A stretch of 64,000 nt of DNA from an uncultured Chromatiaceae bacterium (GCA_945787555.1 CALZJG010000026.1:230-64229); one strand, 5' to 3'. Positions 1 through 10,344 are shown, counted from the first letter of the stretch. Notes: generated from the sequence alone by a model not told the origin. Program-made: numbers and translations.

Positions 1-401
1 AAGTCGAGAATCAGTACCGGCGGGTGGTCACGTGGGAAGGAAATCGCAAGGCGCAGGCCTTGCTCGCGCGCGTATTCGAACGCCGTGAGTCATTCGAGTG
101 GCGGGGTCTGGGTGACTTACCCTACAGTGCGTGGCGCTTGTCGCGCACCTACGCCGCTTACGATGCCGAGCGGCGTTTTGAGTTGAGTGTTGCGCAACTC
201 GCCGACCACAAGGCCTGTGAATGCGGTGCGGTGTTGCGCGGCGCCATACGTCCCGAAGAGTGCAAAGTCTACGCGACCGCTTGCACGCCCGACCGGCCGC
301 TGGGCTCATGCATGGTCTCGCCCGAGGGCGCCTGCGCGGCGCGTTATCGCTATGCGCGCCGCGCGTTGGTCGGATCGACCTCGGCTTCGGCCTCCGTATG
401 A
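1..401 (+). CDS. hypD: Hydrogenase maturation protein HypD, 3' portion (5' end lies outside the window)
   Basis: Frame reads through from position 3 with no stop (...ENQYRRVVTWEGN...). The C-terminus carries Cys motifs (CECGAVLRG, CKVYATACTP, GSCMVSPEGACAA) that match the HypD C-terminus (E. coli ...NQYRRVV...ALMVSSEGACAAWYQY). Stop TGA at 399-401 overlaps the hypE ATG (ATGA). Confidence 0.8.
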   Translation, partial: VENQYRRVVTWEGNRKAQALLARVFERRESFEWRGLGDLPYSAWRLSRTYAAYDAERRFELSVAQLADHKACECGAVLRGAIRPEECKVYATACTPDRPLGSCMVSPEGACAARYRYARRALVGSTSASASV

Positions 402-1453
402 CGGCAAAGAGCCGGTTTGCCAATGCGCTGCCGCCGCTCGACTTGCGACACGGTCGCGTGGAGCTGAGTCACGGCAGCGGTGGTCGCGCCATGGCGCAAT
501 TGATCGAGCATTTGTTCGTGCCAGCCTTCGATAATCCCTGGCTCGCAGCGCTCAACGATCAGGCGGTGTGTGAGCCGCCCGCAGGTCGCCTGGTGTTCAC
601 CACTGACAGTTACGTAGTCTCGCCACTGTTTTTTCGCGGTGGTGATATCGGTTCTTTGGCGGTGCATGGCACTATCAATGATCTGGCCATGGCCGGCGCG
701 CGACCCTTATATCTCAGCGCGGGTTTTATCTTGGAGGAAGGCTTGGCGCTCGCCGAGTTGGCGCGCATCGTCGCGTCCATGGCGGCGGCGGCGCGTAAAG
801 CGAATGTGGCAATCGTTACCGGCGACACCAAGGTGGTGGAGCGTGGCAAGGGTGATGGCGTGTTCATCACCACTAGCGGCGTAGGCGTGGTGGCGCCGTC
901 GCTGAACATCGACGCCGGCCGCGCGCGCCCGGGCGATCTTATCCTGGTGAGCGGCACGCTGGGTGATCACGGCGTGGCCATACTTTCACAGCGCGAGCAC
1001 TTGCGCTTCGACACGGCGCTGCATTCCGACAGCGCCGCCTTGCATGACTTGGTGGCGCATATGCTGGTCGCGGTCTCGGACATACATTGCTTGCGTGATC
1101 CCACGCGCGGCGGCTTGGCGGCGACGCTCAATGAATTAGCGCAGCAATCGCAGGTGGGTATGTTGATCCGTGAGCCGGACATTCCCGTGCGTACCGAAGT
1201 GATGGCGGCGTGTGAAATTTTCGGCCTCGATCCGTTGTACATGGCCAACGAAGGGAAACTGGTAGCGCTGTGTGCCGCTGAGCATGGGCCGCGTTTGCTG
1301 GAGGCCATGCGCGCGCATCCCCTCGGTGTCGAGGCCGCCATTATTGGTGAGGTGCGCGCCGATCTGCTCTGCCTAGTGGAATGCGAGACCGGCTTCGGCG
1401 GGCGCCGCTTGGTCGATTGGCTGAGCGGCGATCCCTTGCCACGGATTTGTTGA
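398..1453 (+). CDS. hypE: Hydrogenase expression/formation protein HypE (carbamoyl dehydratase)
   Basis: PurM-like fold motifs (GDTKVVERGKGDGVFITTSGVG, SGTLGDHGVA) and the invariant C-terminal PRIC ending. ATG at 398 is in frame with the longer ORF 221..1453, and ATGA coupling to hypD supports it as the start. Confidence 0.85.
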   Translation: MTAKSRFANALPPLDLRHGRVELSHGSGGRAMAQLIEHLFVPAFDNPWLAALNDQAVCEPPAGRLVFTTDSYVVSPLFFRGGDIGSLAVHGTINDLAMAGARPLYLSAGFILEEGLALAELARIVASMAAAARKANVAIVTGDTKVVERGKGDGVFITTSGVGVVAPSLNIDAGRARPGDLILVSGTLGDHGVAILSQREHLRFDTALHSDSAALHDLVAHMLVAVSDIHCLRDPTRGGLAATLNELAQQSQVGMLIREPDIPVRTEVMAACEIFGLDPLYMANEGKLVALCAAEHGPRLLEAMRAHPLGVEAAIIGEVRADLLCLVECETGFGGRRLVDWLSGDPLPRIC

Positions 1454-1459
1454 TAATGC

Positions 1460-2113
1460 TTATCCTGCAGCGCGCAGCGGCGCGCCCAAGTGCAGCGTAT
1501 AGATCAACAGGGCGGGAATTTGTAATATCAAGATGAGTAATTCATAAGCGGCTTTCTCCACGTCGGCTTGCTCCCAGCGAGAATGAGTCCACTCGGCCAG
1601 CGCGTGTGCGCAACCCCAAGCGAGTTTGTGGCCGACATAGGCCCAGATTACGATTAAGGTCGCGACCAGTCCGCTAGGCGCGAGCCGAGTGTCGATACCC
1701 AGCGCCGTGCTCAGCCAATGAAACAACAGGGCCGCTGCGGCAATGCCCTGCACGGGTAGTACCAGTCCCGGTATTGCGCCGAGTCCCGGCAGCAGGGGCA
1801 ACAATATACTGACGATGACGGCGATGTTCAGCAGATGATTGATACGATGCGGTCCGCCGGCCAAGACCTCCGCCAAGGGTGGCGCGCCTTCCACCCCGTA
1901 CAAGATGGGGTAAGTCATGGTGATAAACACCAATAACAACAAGGCTCGGGCGGCCGGTGCGAGGGCGTGGGCACTGATCCAGGCTGTGAGTGGATTGTGA
2001 TGCAGGATAGTTTCATAGCGATACTCCAACCACACTAAGGCCAGAGCGGCGACGCCATAGATGATTAGCGCCAGTAGCAGCGTGGGATGGAGTATGACGT
2101 CGGCGATGTTCAT
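1460..2113 (-). CDS. Hypothetical polytopic membrane protein
   Basis: 217-aa ORF with about 6 hydrophobic helices and no recognisable catalytic motif. No HupE/UreJ HxxxxDH motif despite lying next to the hyp genes. Confidence 0.45.
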   Translation of the reverse strand: MNIADVILHPTLLLALIIYGVAALALVWLEYRYETILHHNPLTAWISAHALAPAARALLLLVFITMTYPILYGVEGAPPLAEVLAGGPHRINHLLNIAVIVSILLPLLPGLGAIPGLVLPVQGIAAAALLFHWLSTALGIDTRLAPSGLVATLIVIWAYVGHKLAWGCAHALAEWTHSRWEQADVEKAAYELLILILQIPALLIYTLHLGAPLRAAG

Positions 2114-2218
2114 TAGGTGGCGAGAGGTGTCCCTGGTGCGATGGTATCCAAAATATAGCGGCCGACGCTATTACCTGAGTGAGGCTGGCGTCAGGTCAGC
2201 GCGTGGTATAGTGCCGTC

Positions 2219-3679
2219 ATGAGTCGAGTCGAGGTCATCAAGCGCGTCGCATTGGTCGCGGGCCCGCTATTGGGTGTGCTGCTGCCGCTGGTCTTGAAGA
2301 TTCCCGAACATCCGCAAGCGTCGGCGATGTTGGGCATCGCCGTATGGATGGCGTTATGGTGGTTGACCGAGTGCGTGCCCTTGGCGGTGACAGCCTTGTT
2401 GCCCTTGCTGGGCTTGCCGCTCGCCGGCATCGCCAGCGCGCAAGAGACCGCGCCGCGTTACATGACCAGCGTCATGTTTCTGTTCGTGGGCGGTTTCCTC
2501 ATCGCCCAGGCCATGGAGTCTACCGGCCTGCATAAACGCATCGCCTTGGTCATACTCTCGCATATGCACGCCAGTCCGTGGCGTATCATGTTGGGTTTTG
2601 CGTTGACCACGGCGTTCTTGTCGATGTGGATTTCCAATACCGCCACCACCATGTTGATGGTGACCATCGCTGTGGCGGTGCTAGCGCGGCTGGACGCGCA
2701 ATTGGAGGCCACGGATGTGGCGATGTTAGCCGCGCCCTTGTTGTTGACCATCGCCTATGCAGCCAATATCGGCGGCATGGGAACGCCAGTGGGCACCGTG
2801 CCTAATCTCGTGTTTCTGGAAAACATCCAAGCGCATGCCCCCGAGCTGCGGCCCACTTTCATGCAATGGATGTTGGTGGGCGTGCCGTTGGTGGTTCTTG
2901 GCTTATTAGTTGTGCTGTTCTTTCTTGGTCGCAAAGTGCGTGGCATGGCCTGGTCCGGCGCCTTGGCGGAAGAGAGTTTGCATAACGAATTGCGCGGGCT
3001 CGGGGCGATGCGTCGCGAGGAGCGTTGGGTGGCCTGGGTGTTGGGTATAACGGCCTTGGCGTGGATGACGCGCGAGGGTATCCAGGGTGATGATTTCTCT
3101 TTGCCGGGCTGGTCGGCGTTGTTGCCCTATAAAGGCATCGATGACGGCACTGTGGCCATGGCCGCCGCGCTGGCGTTGTTTTTGGTGCCCGCGCAAGAGG
3201 GCCGGCCGGTATTGGGACATGGCGCCTTCACTCGTTTGCCGTGGGAAATACTAATATTACTAGGGGGAGGATTCGCATTGGCGATGGGTATGCAGCAATC
3301 CGGACTTTCCAAATGGATGGGCGATGGCTTGGCGGTCTTGGCGGCGGTGCCATGGCCCCTAATGTTGCTAGGCATTGCATTCGCGATTACCTTCTTGACT
3401 GAGATCACCAGCAATACCGCGACCACGCAAGTGATGTTGCCCATCCTCGCCGCCGTGGCTTTGGGTATGGAGCAAGACATGACAGCTTTGCTGTTGGTGG
3501 CGACGCTGGCCGCCTCGTGCGCTTTCATGCTGCCGGTGGCCACGCCGCCCAACGCGATAATCTTTGGTACCAATCGCATCACCATGCGCGACATGATGCG
3601 CGCCGGGATAAGGCTGAATCTGACGATGCCCTTAGTGATCGTGGCGATGGTGATATTAATTCGACCCCTGTGGCCGTAA
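2219..3679 (+). CDS. SLC13/DASS-family anion:Na+ symporter (sulfate/di- or tricarboxylate type)
   Basis: 486-aa polytopic protein with the two characteristic SNTATT repeats (WISNTATTMLMV and ITSNTATTQVMLPI) of the divalent anion:sodium symporter family. Confidence 0.8.
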   Translation: MSRVEVIKRVALVAGPLLGVLLPLVLKIPEHPQASAMLGIAVWMALWWLTECVPLAVTALLPLLGLPLAGIASAQETAPRYMTSVMFLFVGGFLIAQAMESTGLHKRIALVILSHMHASPWRIMLGFALTTAFLSMWISNTATTMLMVTIAVAVLARLDAQLEATDVAMLAAPLLLTIAYAANIGGMGTPVGTVPNLVFLENIQAHAPELRPTFMQWMLVGVPLVVLGLLVVLFFLGRKVRGMAWSGALAEESLHNELRGLGAMRREERWVAWVLGITALAWMTREGIQGDDFSLPGWSALLPYKGIDDGTVAMAAALALFLVPAQEGRPVLGHGAFTRLPWEILILLGGGFALAMGMQQSGLSKWMGDGLAVLAAVPWPLMLLGIAFAITFLTEITSNTATTQVMLPILAAVALGMEQDMTALLLVATLAASCAFMLPVATPPNAIIFGTNRITMRDMMRAGIRLNLTMPLVIVAMVILIRPLWP

Positions 3680-3713
3680 ACGCTGGATAAATACGCATGA
3701 AATCAGGTGAATC

Positions 3714-4250
3714 ATGAGCATTAGGAACTTTGTTTGCGTAGGTGTGCTGTGGATCCTTTTGGCAGCTTGTTCTGCGACGAGTTTGCTGAGTGAATATGAT
3801 GAAGAGGCACCCTTCCTCACCTACAAGACCTTTGATTGGGCGCCGCGCGACGCCCAGTCGTCGGGTATCGATGATCTGGGCGCGTTTCGTCTCGATACCT
3901 TGGTCCGCGGCGCTTTGTTCAAGGAGCTGACTTCGCGGGCGTATCGGCATCAAGTGTTCGGAGCCCCAGATTTTTGGGTGAATTATCGTGGCGGCGAGGT
4001 CATTCGGGTTAAGGAGGGCGGCAAAGCGACCAAACGGGTCATCGCTGACGTCGATGATTTAACCGTTCAGCCCAGCATGCCATCCGGCGCTTTGCTGGTT
4101 GAGATCATTGCGCCCAAGAGCGGCCGTGTGCTGTGGCGGGGTTGGCGTGAGGGCGTGCTAGTGGAAGAGATGCAAGCGCCTTCTGCCGAATTCGATGAGC
4201 GGGTGCATCGGCTGGTGCGTGAAATACTCCACGATTTTCCACCGCGCTGA
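3714..4250 (+). CDS. Putative lipoprotein (DUF4136-like)
   Basis: Signal peptide with lipobox (ILLAAC-SATS). 178 aa, no enzymatic motifs. Confidence 0.5.
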   Translation: MSIRNFVCVGVLWILLAACSATSLLSEYDEEAPFLTYKTFDWAPRDAQSSGIDDLGAFRLDTLVRGALFKELTSRAYRHQVFGAPDFWVNYRGGEVIRVKEGGKATKRVIADVDDLTVQPSMPSGALLVEIIAPKSGRVLWRGWREGVLVEEMQAPSAEFDERVHRLVREILHDFPPR

Positions 4251-4306
4251 GGCGCGTTGCGCGTAAGGATGATGCGCCTGCTCCGACCAAGCCGTATTGT
4301 GCACTC

Positions 4307-5164
4307 ATGAGGGGGATCGCTATGCGCTGGATGGTGGCGATAGGAGGGTTAGCGGCCGTGATGGGCGCAGTATGGGCCTTGAGTCCCGCGCCTTCGGCCA
4401 CCGGCGGGACGGGGCGAGACCAGAGCCGCCTGGTGGTCACCGGCTCCAGTACCGTGGCGCCTCTGCTGGGCGAGATTGCCAAACATTATGAGGTGCATAT
4501 GTCCGCCGCGCGCGTGGACGTGCAGACGGGCGGTTCGGCGCGCGGTATCACCGATGTGCGGCAAGGTTTGGCGGACATAGGGATGGTGTCGCGGACTTTG
4601 AAGGACAATGAGTCCGATTTGCACGCCTATCCCATCGCCCGCGACGGCATCGGTCTGATCGTGCATGCCGACAACCCGCTCAGCGATATTCGCACAGCAC
4701 AAGTGCAGGCCATCTACACCGGCGCCGTGACTCATTGGCGCGAGTTGGGCGGCCTTGATCAGCCGACCACCGTTGTGCACAAGGCAGAGGGTCGCTCGAC
4801 CTTGGAGTTGTTCCTCGCCCATTTTGGATTGCATAACACCGATGTGCGCCCGCATATGGTAATTGGTGACAACGCGCAAGGCATCAAGGCGGTGGCGGGC
4901 AATCGTGCCGCCATCGGCTACGTGTCCATCGGCGCGGCCGAATACGCTATCGAGCAAGGAACTCCTATCAAGTTGCTGTCGCTGGACGGCAAGCCCGCCA
5001 ATAGTGGACGGGTGCGCGCAGGCGACTATCCCTTGACGCGCACGCTTACTTTGGTGACCAGTGCGCCAGCGGCGGGAGTGGCGCGCCGCTTCATCGACTA
5101 TCTCCTATCGGAGCAGGCCCGTGACGTCGTGGTTGGCCAGTATTTCGCCCCCCTCGCGCCGTGA
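4307..5164 (+). CDS. pstS: Phosphate ABC transporter substrate-binding protein PstS-family
   Basis: Signal peptide. TGSSTVAPL...SRTLKDNE...YPIARDGIGLIVHADNPL pattern of the PstS/PBP family. Followed by pstC-pstA-pstB. Confidence 0.8.
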   Translation: MRGIAMRWMVAIGGLAAVMGAVWALSPAPSATGGTGRDQSRLVVTGSSTVAPLLGEIAKHYEVHMSAARVDVQTGGSARGITDVRQGLADIGMVSRTLKDNESDLHAYPIARDGIGLIVHADNPLSDIRTAQVQAIYTGAVTHWRELGGLDQPTTVVHKAEGRSTLELFLAHFGLHNTDVRPHMVIGDNAQGIKAVAGNRAAIGYVSIGAAEYAIEQGTPIKLLSLDGKPANSGRVRAGDYPLTRTLTLVTSAPAAGVARRFIDYLLSEQARDVVVGQYFAPLAP

Positions 5165-6023
5165 TCGTTGGCTGCAGTGGTGCTTGCGCGCCACGGCCTG
5201 GGTGGTGGGCGGCATACTGCTGTTCCTGTTGCTATTTCTGCTGCGCGAGGCGTGGCCCGTATTGCGTGATGTCGGCTTGATGCCTTTGTTCGACGACCCG
5301 TCCTGGCATCCCACCGAAGGCCGCTATAATCTCTTACCCATGTTGGCCGGTACGCTGTATGCCGCAGTGGGCGCGCTGCTGATCGCCGCGCCACTAGGAT
5401 GGGCGTGCGCCGCCTATGCCGTGTATTTTGCGCCGCGTCGCTTGGCGGCGTGGTTGCAAAAATTAATCGCCCTGGCCGCCGGCATTCCTTCCGTGGTCTA
5501 CGGCTTATGGGGCTTAGTAGTATTGGTGCCGCTGATCGCCGCCTATCAACCGCCTGGTGCCAGCCTGATCGCCGCCGTATTGGTGTTGGCCGTGATGATT
5601 CTGCCCACGATCATATTACTCACCGAGTCGGCGTTGCGGAGCGTGCCGCGCGAGTTGTTGCACGGTGCAGCGGCCTTGGGACTGGGGCAGTGGGGCAGCT
5701 TGCGTCGGGTGGTGGTGCCCGCCGCGCGGTCAGGACTCCTCGCGGCGATGGTGTTGGCGGCAGCGCGCGCGCTGGGCGAGACCATGGCAGTGTTGATGGT
5801 GGCGGGCAACGTCGTGCAGTTTCCCGCCACCGTGTGGGACCCCATACGCACTCTGTCGGCCAACATCGCTTTGGAAATGGCCTATGCCATGGATCATCAT
5901 CGTGCGGCATTGTTCGCCAGTGGCTTGGTGTTAGCGTTATTGGTGATCGCTTTGATGCTCATGGCGGCGTGTCTGCACTCGCCTTGTCCCGCCCGGGAGA
6001 GTCGGCGGGGGAGGTGGGCATAG
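5061..6023 (+). CDS. pstC: Phosphate ABC transporter permease PstC
   Basis: 6-TM ABC permease with an EAA-like loop (ARALGETMAVLMVAGN). The start is uncertain: ATG 5061 overlaps pstS by about 100 nt, and an in-frame GTG at 5202 is an alternative. Confidence 0.7.
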   Translation: MRQRREWRAASSTISYRSRPVTSWLASISPPSRRDRWLQWCLRATAWVVGGILLFLLLFLLREAWPVLRDVGLMPLFDDPSWHPTEGRYNLLPMLAGTLYAAVGALLIAAPLGWACAAYAVYFAPRRLAAWLQKLIALAAGIPSVVYGLWGLVVLVPLIAAYQPPGASLIAAVLVLAVMILPTIILLTESALRSVPRELLHGAAALGLGQWGSLRRVVVPAARSGLLAAMVLAAARALGETMAVLMVAGNVVQFPATVWDPIRTLSANIALEMAYAMDHHRAALFASGLVLALLVIALMLMAACLHSPCPARESRRGRWA

Positions 6024-6026
6024 CGC

Positions 6027-6887
6027 ATGGTTAGGGCGGCACAGCGAAACCCGTCTGCCAATTCCGTCAGCGACCGCATTGCCGGTAAGTCGCTGACACT
6101 GGCCGCCTTGCTCGTAGCCGCGCTGATCTTATGGGTAGTGGTCGACGTGTTGTGGCAGGGCGCGGGACGGTTGTCGTGGGAGTTCGTCACCACGGCGCCC
6201 AGCGACGTGGGCCGCGCCGGCGGTATCGCGCCGATGTTAGTGGCGACGATGCTGATCCTGGCAGTGTGTCTCGCCGCCGCCACACCCATGGCCATCGCCA
6301 CGGCGATTTGGTTGGCCGAATTCGCTGCGGCCGGCCGCGCCTTGCGTTTGAGCCTTGATGTGTTGGCCGGCATGCCGTCTATCGTGTTCGGTTTGTTCGG
6401 TTATGTGTTCTTTGTACACATGCTGGGGCTGGGGTTTTCCATCCTGGCCGGCGGCTTGACCCTGGCTTGTATGGTGCTACCGGTGGTGACCCGCGCTTGC
6501 GAGGAAAGTTTGCGCGCCTTGCCCGATGGCTACCGTCTCGGTTGCGCGGCCTTGGGTGTGAGCCGCGCCGCGACCTTGTGGCGCCTGCAGTTGCCCGCGG
6601 CCATGCCGGGTCTGGCTGTGGGCATAGTGCTAGGCATCGGCCGCGCTTTGGCGGAAACGGCGGCCTTGCTCTATACCAGCGGCTATGTCGATCGCATGCC
6701 CACCTCGTTCAGCGATTCGGGCCGCGCGCTGTCCATACATATTTTCGATATGTCCATGAACGTACCTGGAGGCGACCGTGGCGCCTATGGCACGGCGTTG
6801 GTGTTGCTTGTTATGTTGATCGGCATTAATGCTGTCGTGTTCGCCATCTCAACATGGTGGTCAGAAACGAGGCTGGAGCAAGCATGA
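6027..6887 (+). CDS. pstA: Phosphate ABC transporter permease PstA
   Basis: ABC permease with the conserved PstA signature (GRALAETAALLYTSG). Directly follows pstC. Confidence 0.8.
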   Translation: MVRAAQRNPSANSVSDRIAGKSLTLAALLVAALILWVVVDVLWQGAGRLSWEFVTTAPSDVGRAGGIAPMLVATMLILAVCLAAATPMAIATAIWLAEFAAAGRALRLSLDVLAGMPSIVFGLFGYVFFVHMLGLGFSILAGGLTLACMVLPVVTRACEESLRALPDGYRLGCAALGVSRAATLWRLQLPAAMPGLAVGIVLGIGRALAETAALLYTSGYVDRMPTSFSDSGRALSIHIFDMSMNVPGGDRGAYGTALVLLVMLIGINAVVFAISTWWSETRLEQA

Positions 6888-7723
6888 ATCATTACGAGCA
6901 GCTAGTGCCGCTACACGCGCAATCGCGGCCGGTGGTGATGGACGCCGACTCAGGGCGGCGTGACTACATCGTAACCCGGGCGCTGAGTATGCACTACGGT
7001 GAGCGACAAGTGTTGCGCGATATTTCGCTGCAGGTCGCCGCAGGTCGCATCACTGCCTTGATCGGGCCATCGGGAGTGGGTAAGAGCAGCTTGCTGGCAT
7101 GCGTCAACCGGCTTACCGACATGCTTCCGGGTGCGCACGTAAATGGAGAGCTGCGAGTGGGGGGCGTAGATGCGTCGCATGCGGCGACGGACGTGATCGC
7201 ATTGCGGCGCCGTGTCGGCATGATCTTTCAAAAACCCAACCCTTTCCCGCTGTCGATTTGGAATAATTTGGCCTTTCCCCTACGTGAGCATGGTGTGCGA
7301 GCTAAGTCACAGCTCACCGAAGCCATTACCACGGCCTTGCAAGAAGTGGGTTTATGGGGCGAGGTCAAGGACCGCTTGCACGCTGCCGCGCTGTCGTTGT
7401 CTGGCGGTCAACAACAGCGCTTGTGCATGGCCCGTGCGCTGGCGCTGCAGCCCGAGGCCTTATTGATGGACGAGCCGTGCAGTGCCCTCGACCCCATCGC
7501 CGTCGGGGTGGTGGAAGAACTTATCGCGCGCTTGCGAGGCCGTTACACCATGTTGATCGTCACGCACAATCTCGCCCAAGCGCGCCGTCTCGCCGATGAT
7601 GTCGCCCTGTTGTGGCCGCGTGATGGCGCCGGCGAGTTGGTGGAGCAAGGTCCCGCCGCGCACCTATTTGACTCGCCACGTGCCGCGGTCACGGCGGCGT
7701 ATCTGCGTAGCGAACGTATCTGA
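6884..7723 (+). CDS. pstB: Phosphate ABC transporter ATP-binding protein PstB
   Basis: Walker A GPSGVGKSS, signature LSGGQQQRLCMARAL, Walker B LLMDEP. ATGA overlap with the pstA stop. No phoU follows. Confidence 0.85.
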   Translation: MNHYEQLVPLHAQSRPVVMDADSGRRDYIVTRALSMHYGERQVLRDISLQVAAGRITALIGPSGVGKSSLLACVNRLTDMLPGAHVNGELRVGGVDASHAATDVIALRRRVGMIFQKPNPFPLSIWNNLAFPLREHGVRAKSQLTEAITTALQEVGLWGEVKDRLHAAALSLSGGQQQRLCMARALALQPEALLMDEPCSALDPIAVGVVEELIARLRGRYTMLIVTHNLAQARRLADDVALLWPRDGAGELVEQGPAAHLFDSPRAAVTAAYLRSERI

Positions 7724-7816
7724 GTGTGTGGTGGCGAGGGCAACAGCCGCTTTGGATGAGCAAACGCTAGATGACTAGCTGACCTAGCCGCCGCCCGGCT
7801 GCTAAACTGCGCCGCC

Positions 7817-9712
7817 ATGCTGAACTTTCACCAACTTTCACTCTACCGCGGTCCGCGCCTATTATTTCAGGGCGCGACCCTGGCTGTTCATCCCGGTCAC
7901 AAGGTGGGGTTGACCGGCGCCAATGGCACGGGCAAGTCCAGCCTGTTCGCCTTGGTGCGCGGTGAACTCAAACAGGATGCCGGTGATTTCAGCTTGCCGC
8001 CCCATTGGGTCATCGCCCATGTGGCGCAGGAGATGGCGGAGATCGACACGCCCGCCATCGATTTTGTGCTGGGCGGCGATGAAGAGCTGGCGCAGCTCAA
8101 CCTCGAATTGCAGCGCGCAGAGGCTAAATGCGATGGTGCGCATCTCGCCGCCCTGCATGCGCGACTCGATACCATAGAGGGCTACACCGCGCGCAGTCGT
8201 GCGGCGCGGCTCATGCACGGCCTGGGCTTCAGCGCCGCTCAGGAAACGGCGCTGGTGAATACCTTCTCCGGCGGTTGGCGCATGCGGCTCAATCTGGCGC
8301 GGGCATTGATGTGTCGCTCCGACTTGCTGTTGCTCGACGAGCCCACCAATCATCTCGATCTCGATGCTGTGTTATGGCTGGAGGATTGGTTGCGTGCCTA
8401 TCCCGGTACGTTATTGTTGATCTCGCACGATCGCGATTTTCTCGACAACGTAGTCAATTACATTCTACACATCGAGAATCAGGCGCTGCGTTTGTACGGT
8501 GGTAACTATTCGACCTTCGAACGTCGTCGCGCCGAGCAGTTGGCCGGCCAGCAAGCGGCGTATGAAAAACAACAGCATGTAGTGGGCCATATGCAGCGAT
8601 ATGTCGCTCGATTTCGCGCCCAGGCCACCAAGGCGCGTCAAGCGCAGAGCCGCTTGAAGGCGCTGGAGCGCATGACGCAGATCGCGCCTGCGCATGTCGA
8701 CACACCTTTCCATTTCGAATTCTTCTCCCCGCGACAATTGCCGCATCCGCTGCTCAGTCTGGTCAAAGTCGCGGCCGGTTATGGCGATCACACAGTGGTG
8801 AGTGAGGTTACGCTGGAGTTAGCTCCAGGCGACCGGCTCGGTTTGTTGGGCCCCAACGGTGCCGGCAAATCCACCTTGATAAAATTGCTCGCCGGTGAGG
8901 TGGCGCCATCGGCTGGGCGCTTCACACCCAGCGCGGGCTTGCGCGTCGGCTATTTTGCCCAACATCAGCTGGAACAACTGCAGCTTCAAGACAGTCCCTT
9001 GCAACATCTATTGCGTCTCGATCCGCAAGCCTCGGACCAGTCAATGCGTGATTTTCTCGGCAGTTTCGGTTTTGTCGGCGATGACGCCTTGGCACCAGTC
9101 GCACCGTTTTCCGGCGGCGAAAAGGCGCGGTTGGTGTTGGCCTTGTTGGTGTATCAGCGCCCCAATGTATTGCTGCTGGACGAGCCCACCAATCACCTCG
9201 ATCTAGAAATGCGCCATGCCTTGGATATGGCGCTACAGGAATTTGCCGGCGCGCTGGTCTTGGTGTCGCATGATAGGCATTTATTGCGCACGGTGTGTGA
9301 TGCATTCGTGCTGGTCGCCGATGGGAGCGCGCAATTCTATGCGGGCGACTTGGACGATTACCGGCGTTGGTTGTCGCAGCGCGGCGACGCCGCTGCAAGT
9401 GCGACGAGCAAGACTGAACACGGTGCCGAAGCGCGCAAGTCTAAACGTCGTAACGAAGCCGGCCGACGCAATCGCCTGCGCCCTCTCAAGCGCGACGTGG
9501 AGCGCTGGGAAAGTGTCCTGGAAGGTTTGAACGCGGACAAAAGTGCTTTGGAGCAGCAATTGGCCGACCCGGTTGTCTACGAGAGGCAACACAAGGAGCG
9601 GCTGCGTGCGGTGCTGGCAGATCAGGCGCGTTTGCATCAGCAGCTCGCGCACGCCGAGGAGCAATGGTTATTGGTCAGTGAAGCATTGGAGGAAGCCGCG
9701 CGCGAGGATTGA
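7817..9712 (+). CDS. ABC-F family ATPase (two tandem ABC domains, no TMD; YheS/Uup-like translation factor class)
   Basis: Two Walker A motifs (GANGTGKSS and GPNGAGKST), two LSGG signatures, two LLLDEPTNHLD Walker B motifs, an inter-domain linker and a C-terminal charged coiled coil. 631 aa. Confidence 0.85.
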   Translation: MLNFHQLSLYRGPRLLFQGATLAVHPGHKVGLTGANGTGKSSLFALVRGELKQDAGDFSLPPHWVIAHVAQEMAEIDTPAIDFVLGGDEELAQLNLELQRAEAKCDGAHLAALHARLDTIEGYTARSRAARLMHGLGFSAAQETALVNTFSGGWRMRLNLARALMCRSDLLLLDEPTNHLDLDAVLWLEDWLRAYPGTLLLISHDRDFLDNVVNYILHIENQALRLYGGNYSTFERRRAEQLAGQQAAYEKQQHVVGHMQRYVARFRAQATKARQAQSRLKALERMTQIAPAHVDTPFHFEFFSPRQLPHPLLSLVKVAAGYGDHTVVSEVTLELAPGDRLGLLGPNGAGKSTLIKLLAGEVAPSAGRFTPSAGLRVGYFAQHQLEQLQLQDSPLQHLLRLDPQASDQSMRDFLGSFGFVGDDALAPVAPFSGGEKARLVLALLVYQRPNVLLLDEPTNHLDLEMRHALDMALQEFAGALVLVSHDRHLLRTVCDAFVLVADGSAQFYAGDLDDYRRWLSQRGDAAASATSKTEHGAEARKSKRRNEAGRRNRLRPLKRDVERWESVLEGLNADKSALEQQLADPVVYERQHKERLRAVLADQARLHQQLAHAEEQWLLVSEALEEAARED

Positions 9713-9935
9713 TGGCGGCTACAGCCGACCACACTCCCATGGTCCAAACTCACGACGTAGTCTGCGGCATGGAGCGCTGCGCCCTATATCGGCTGGCAAT
9801 TTTACAGTTGTTTTCCTCTCGTCTGTCGCTTGCGCAAAAGAAAACATCTACCCTATGCCGCATTGAATTGAGTGCCAACCGTGCATTGCGTGACTTGTTG
9901 CGGTCGCGTAATGAATGTGCACGAGAGAGAAAGCC

Positions 9936-10175
9936 ATGAGTGATAACAATACCGCTAATGCATGGGGATTCTTCCGTGCCGGTGGCTTCGATCAAGTGCG
10001 TTTGGACAGTGGCGAGGACATCGATCGCTTGCGGCTGGACGTCAGCAACGCTGCCAGCGACGAGGCCGATGCACAAGTCATCAAGGACACCATCGATAGT
10101 CTAGGTGCTGCAACAGAGCGCCCCGAGCAACCGCGATCAATCCAGCCAGCGCGACTCAGTTCTACGGCGAATTGA
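9936..10175 (+). CDS. Hypothetical small acidic protein
   Basis: 79-aa ORF from an ATG preceded by GAGAGAGAAAG. No recognisable domain. Confidence 0.3.
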   Translation: MSDNNTANAWGFFRAGGFDQVRLDSGEDIDRLRLDVSNAASDEADAQVIKDTIDSLGAATERPEQPRSIQPARLSSTAN

Positions 10176-10344
10176 CAGTCTGTGGAGGCGCGTGGTGTAG
10201 AGGCGAGGTGCAAGCCGCGACGGTGTTGCCGCGGGGCGATAATCTGGCCGCTGCTTACGCCGCGTTGGATGCGCCGCACTCGACGATTATTAAGACGTTA
10301 TGCGTAATAATTAATTCATCAGGCGGCAAAAAGGAGGTAATCAC

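Noticed and set aside
221-1453. Long N-terminal extension of the hypE ORF (start at 221) overlapping hypD
   Set aside because: The extension lies inside the HypD C-terminal coding sequence in another frame. ATG 398 with ATGA coupling and HypE homology supports the shorter start.
4251-4306. Pho box upstream of pstS
   Set aside because: No convincing tandem CTGTCAT-type direct repeats were found in the 56-nt spacer. Regulation cannot be inferred from sequence here.
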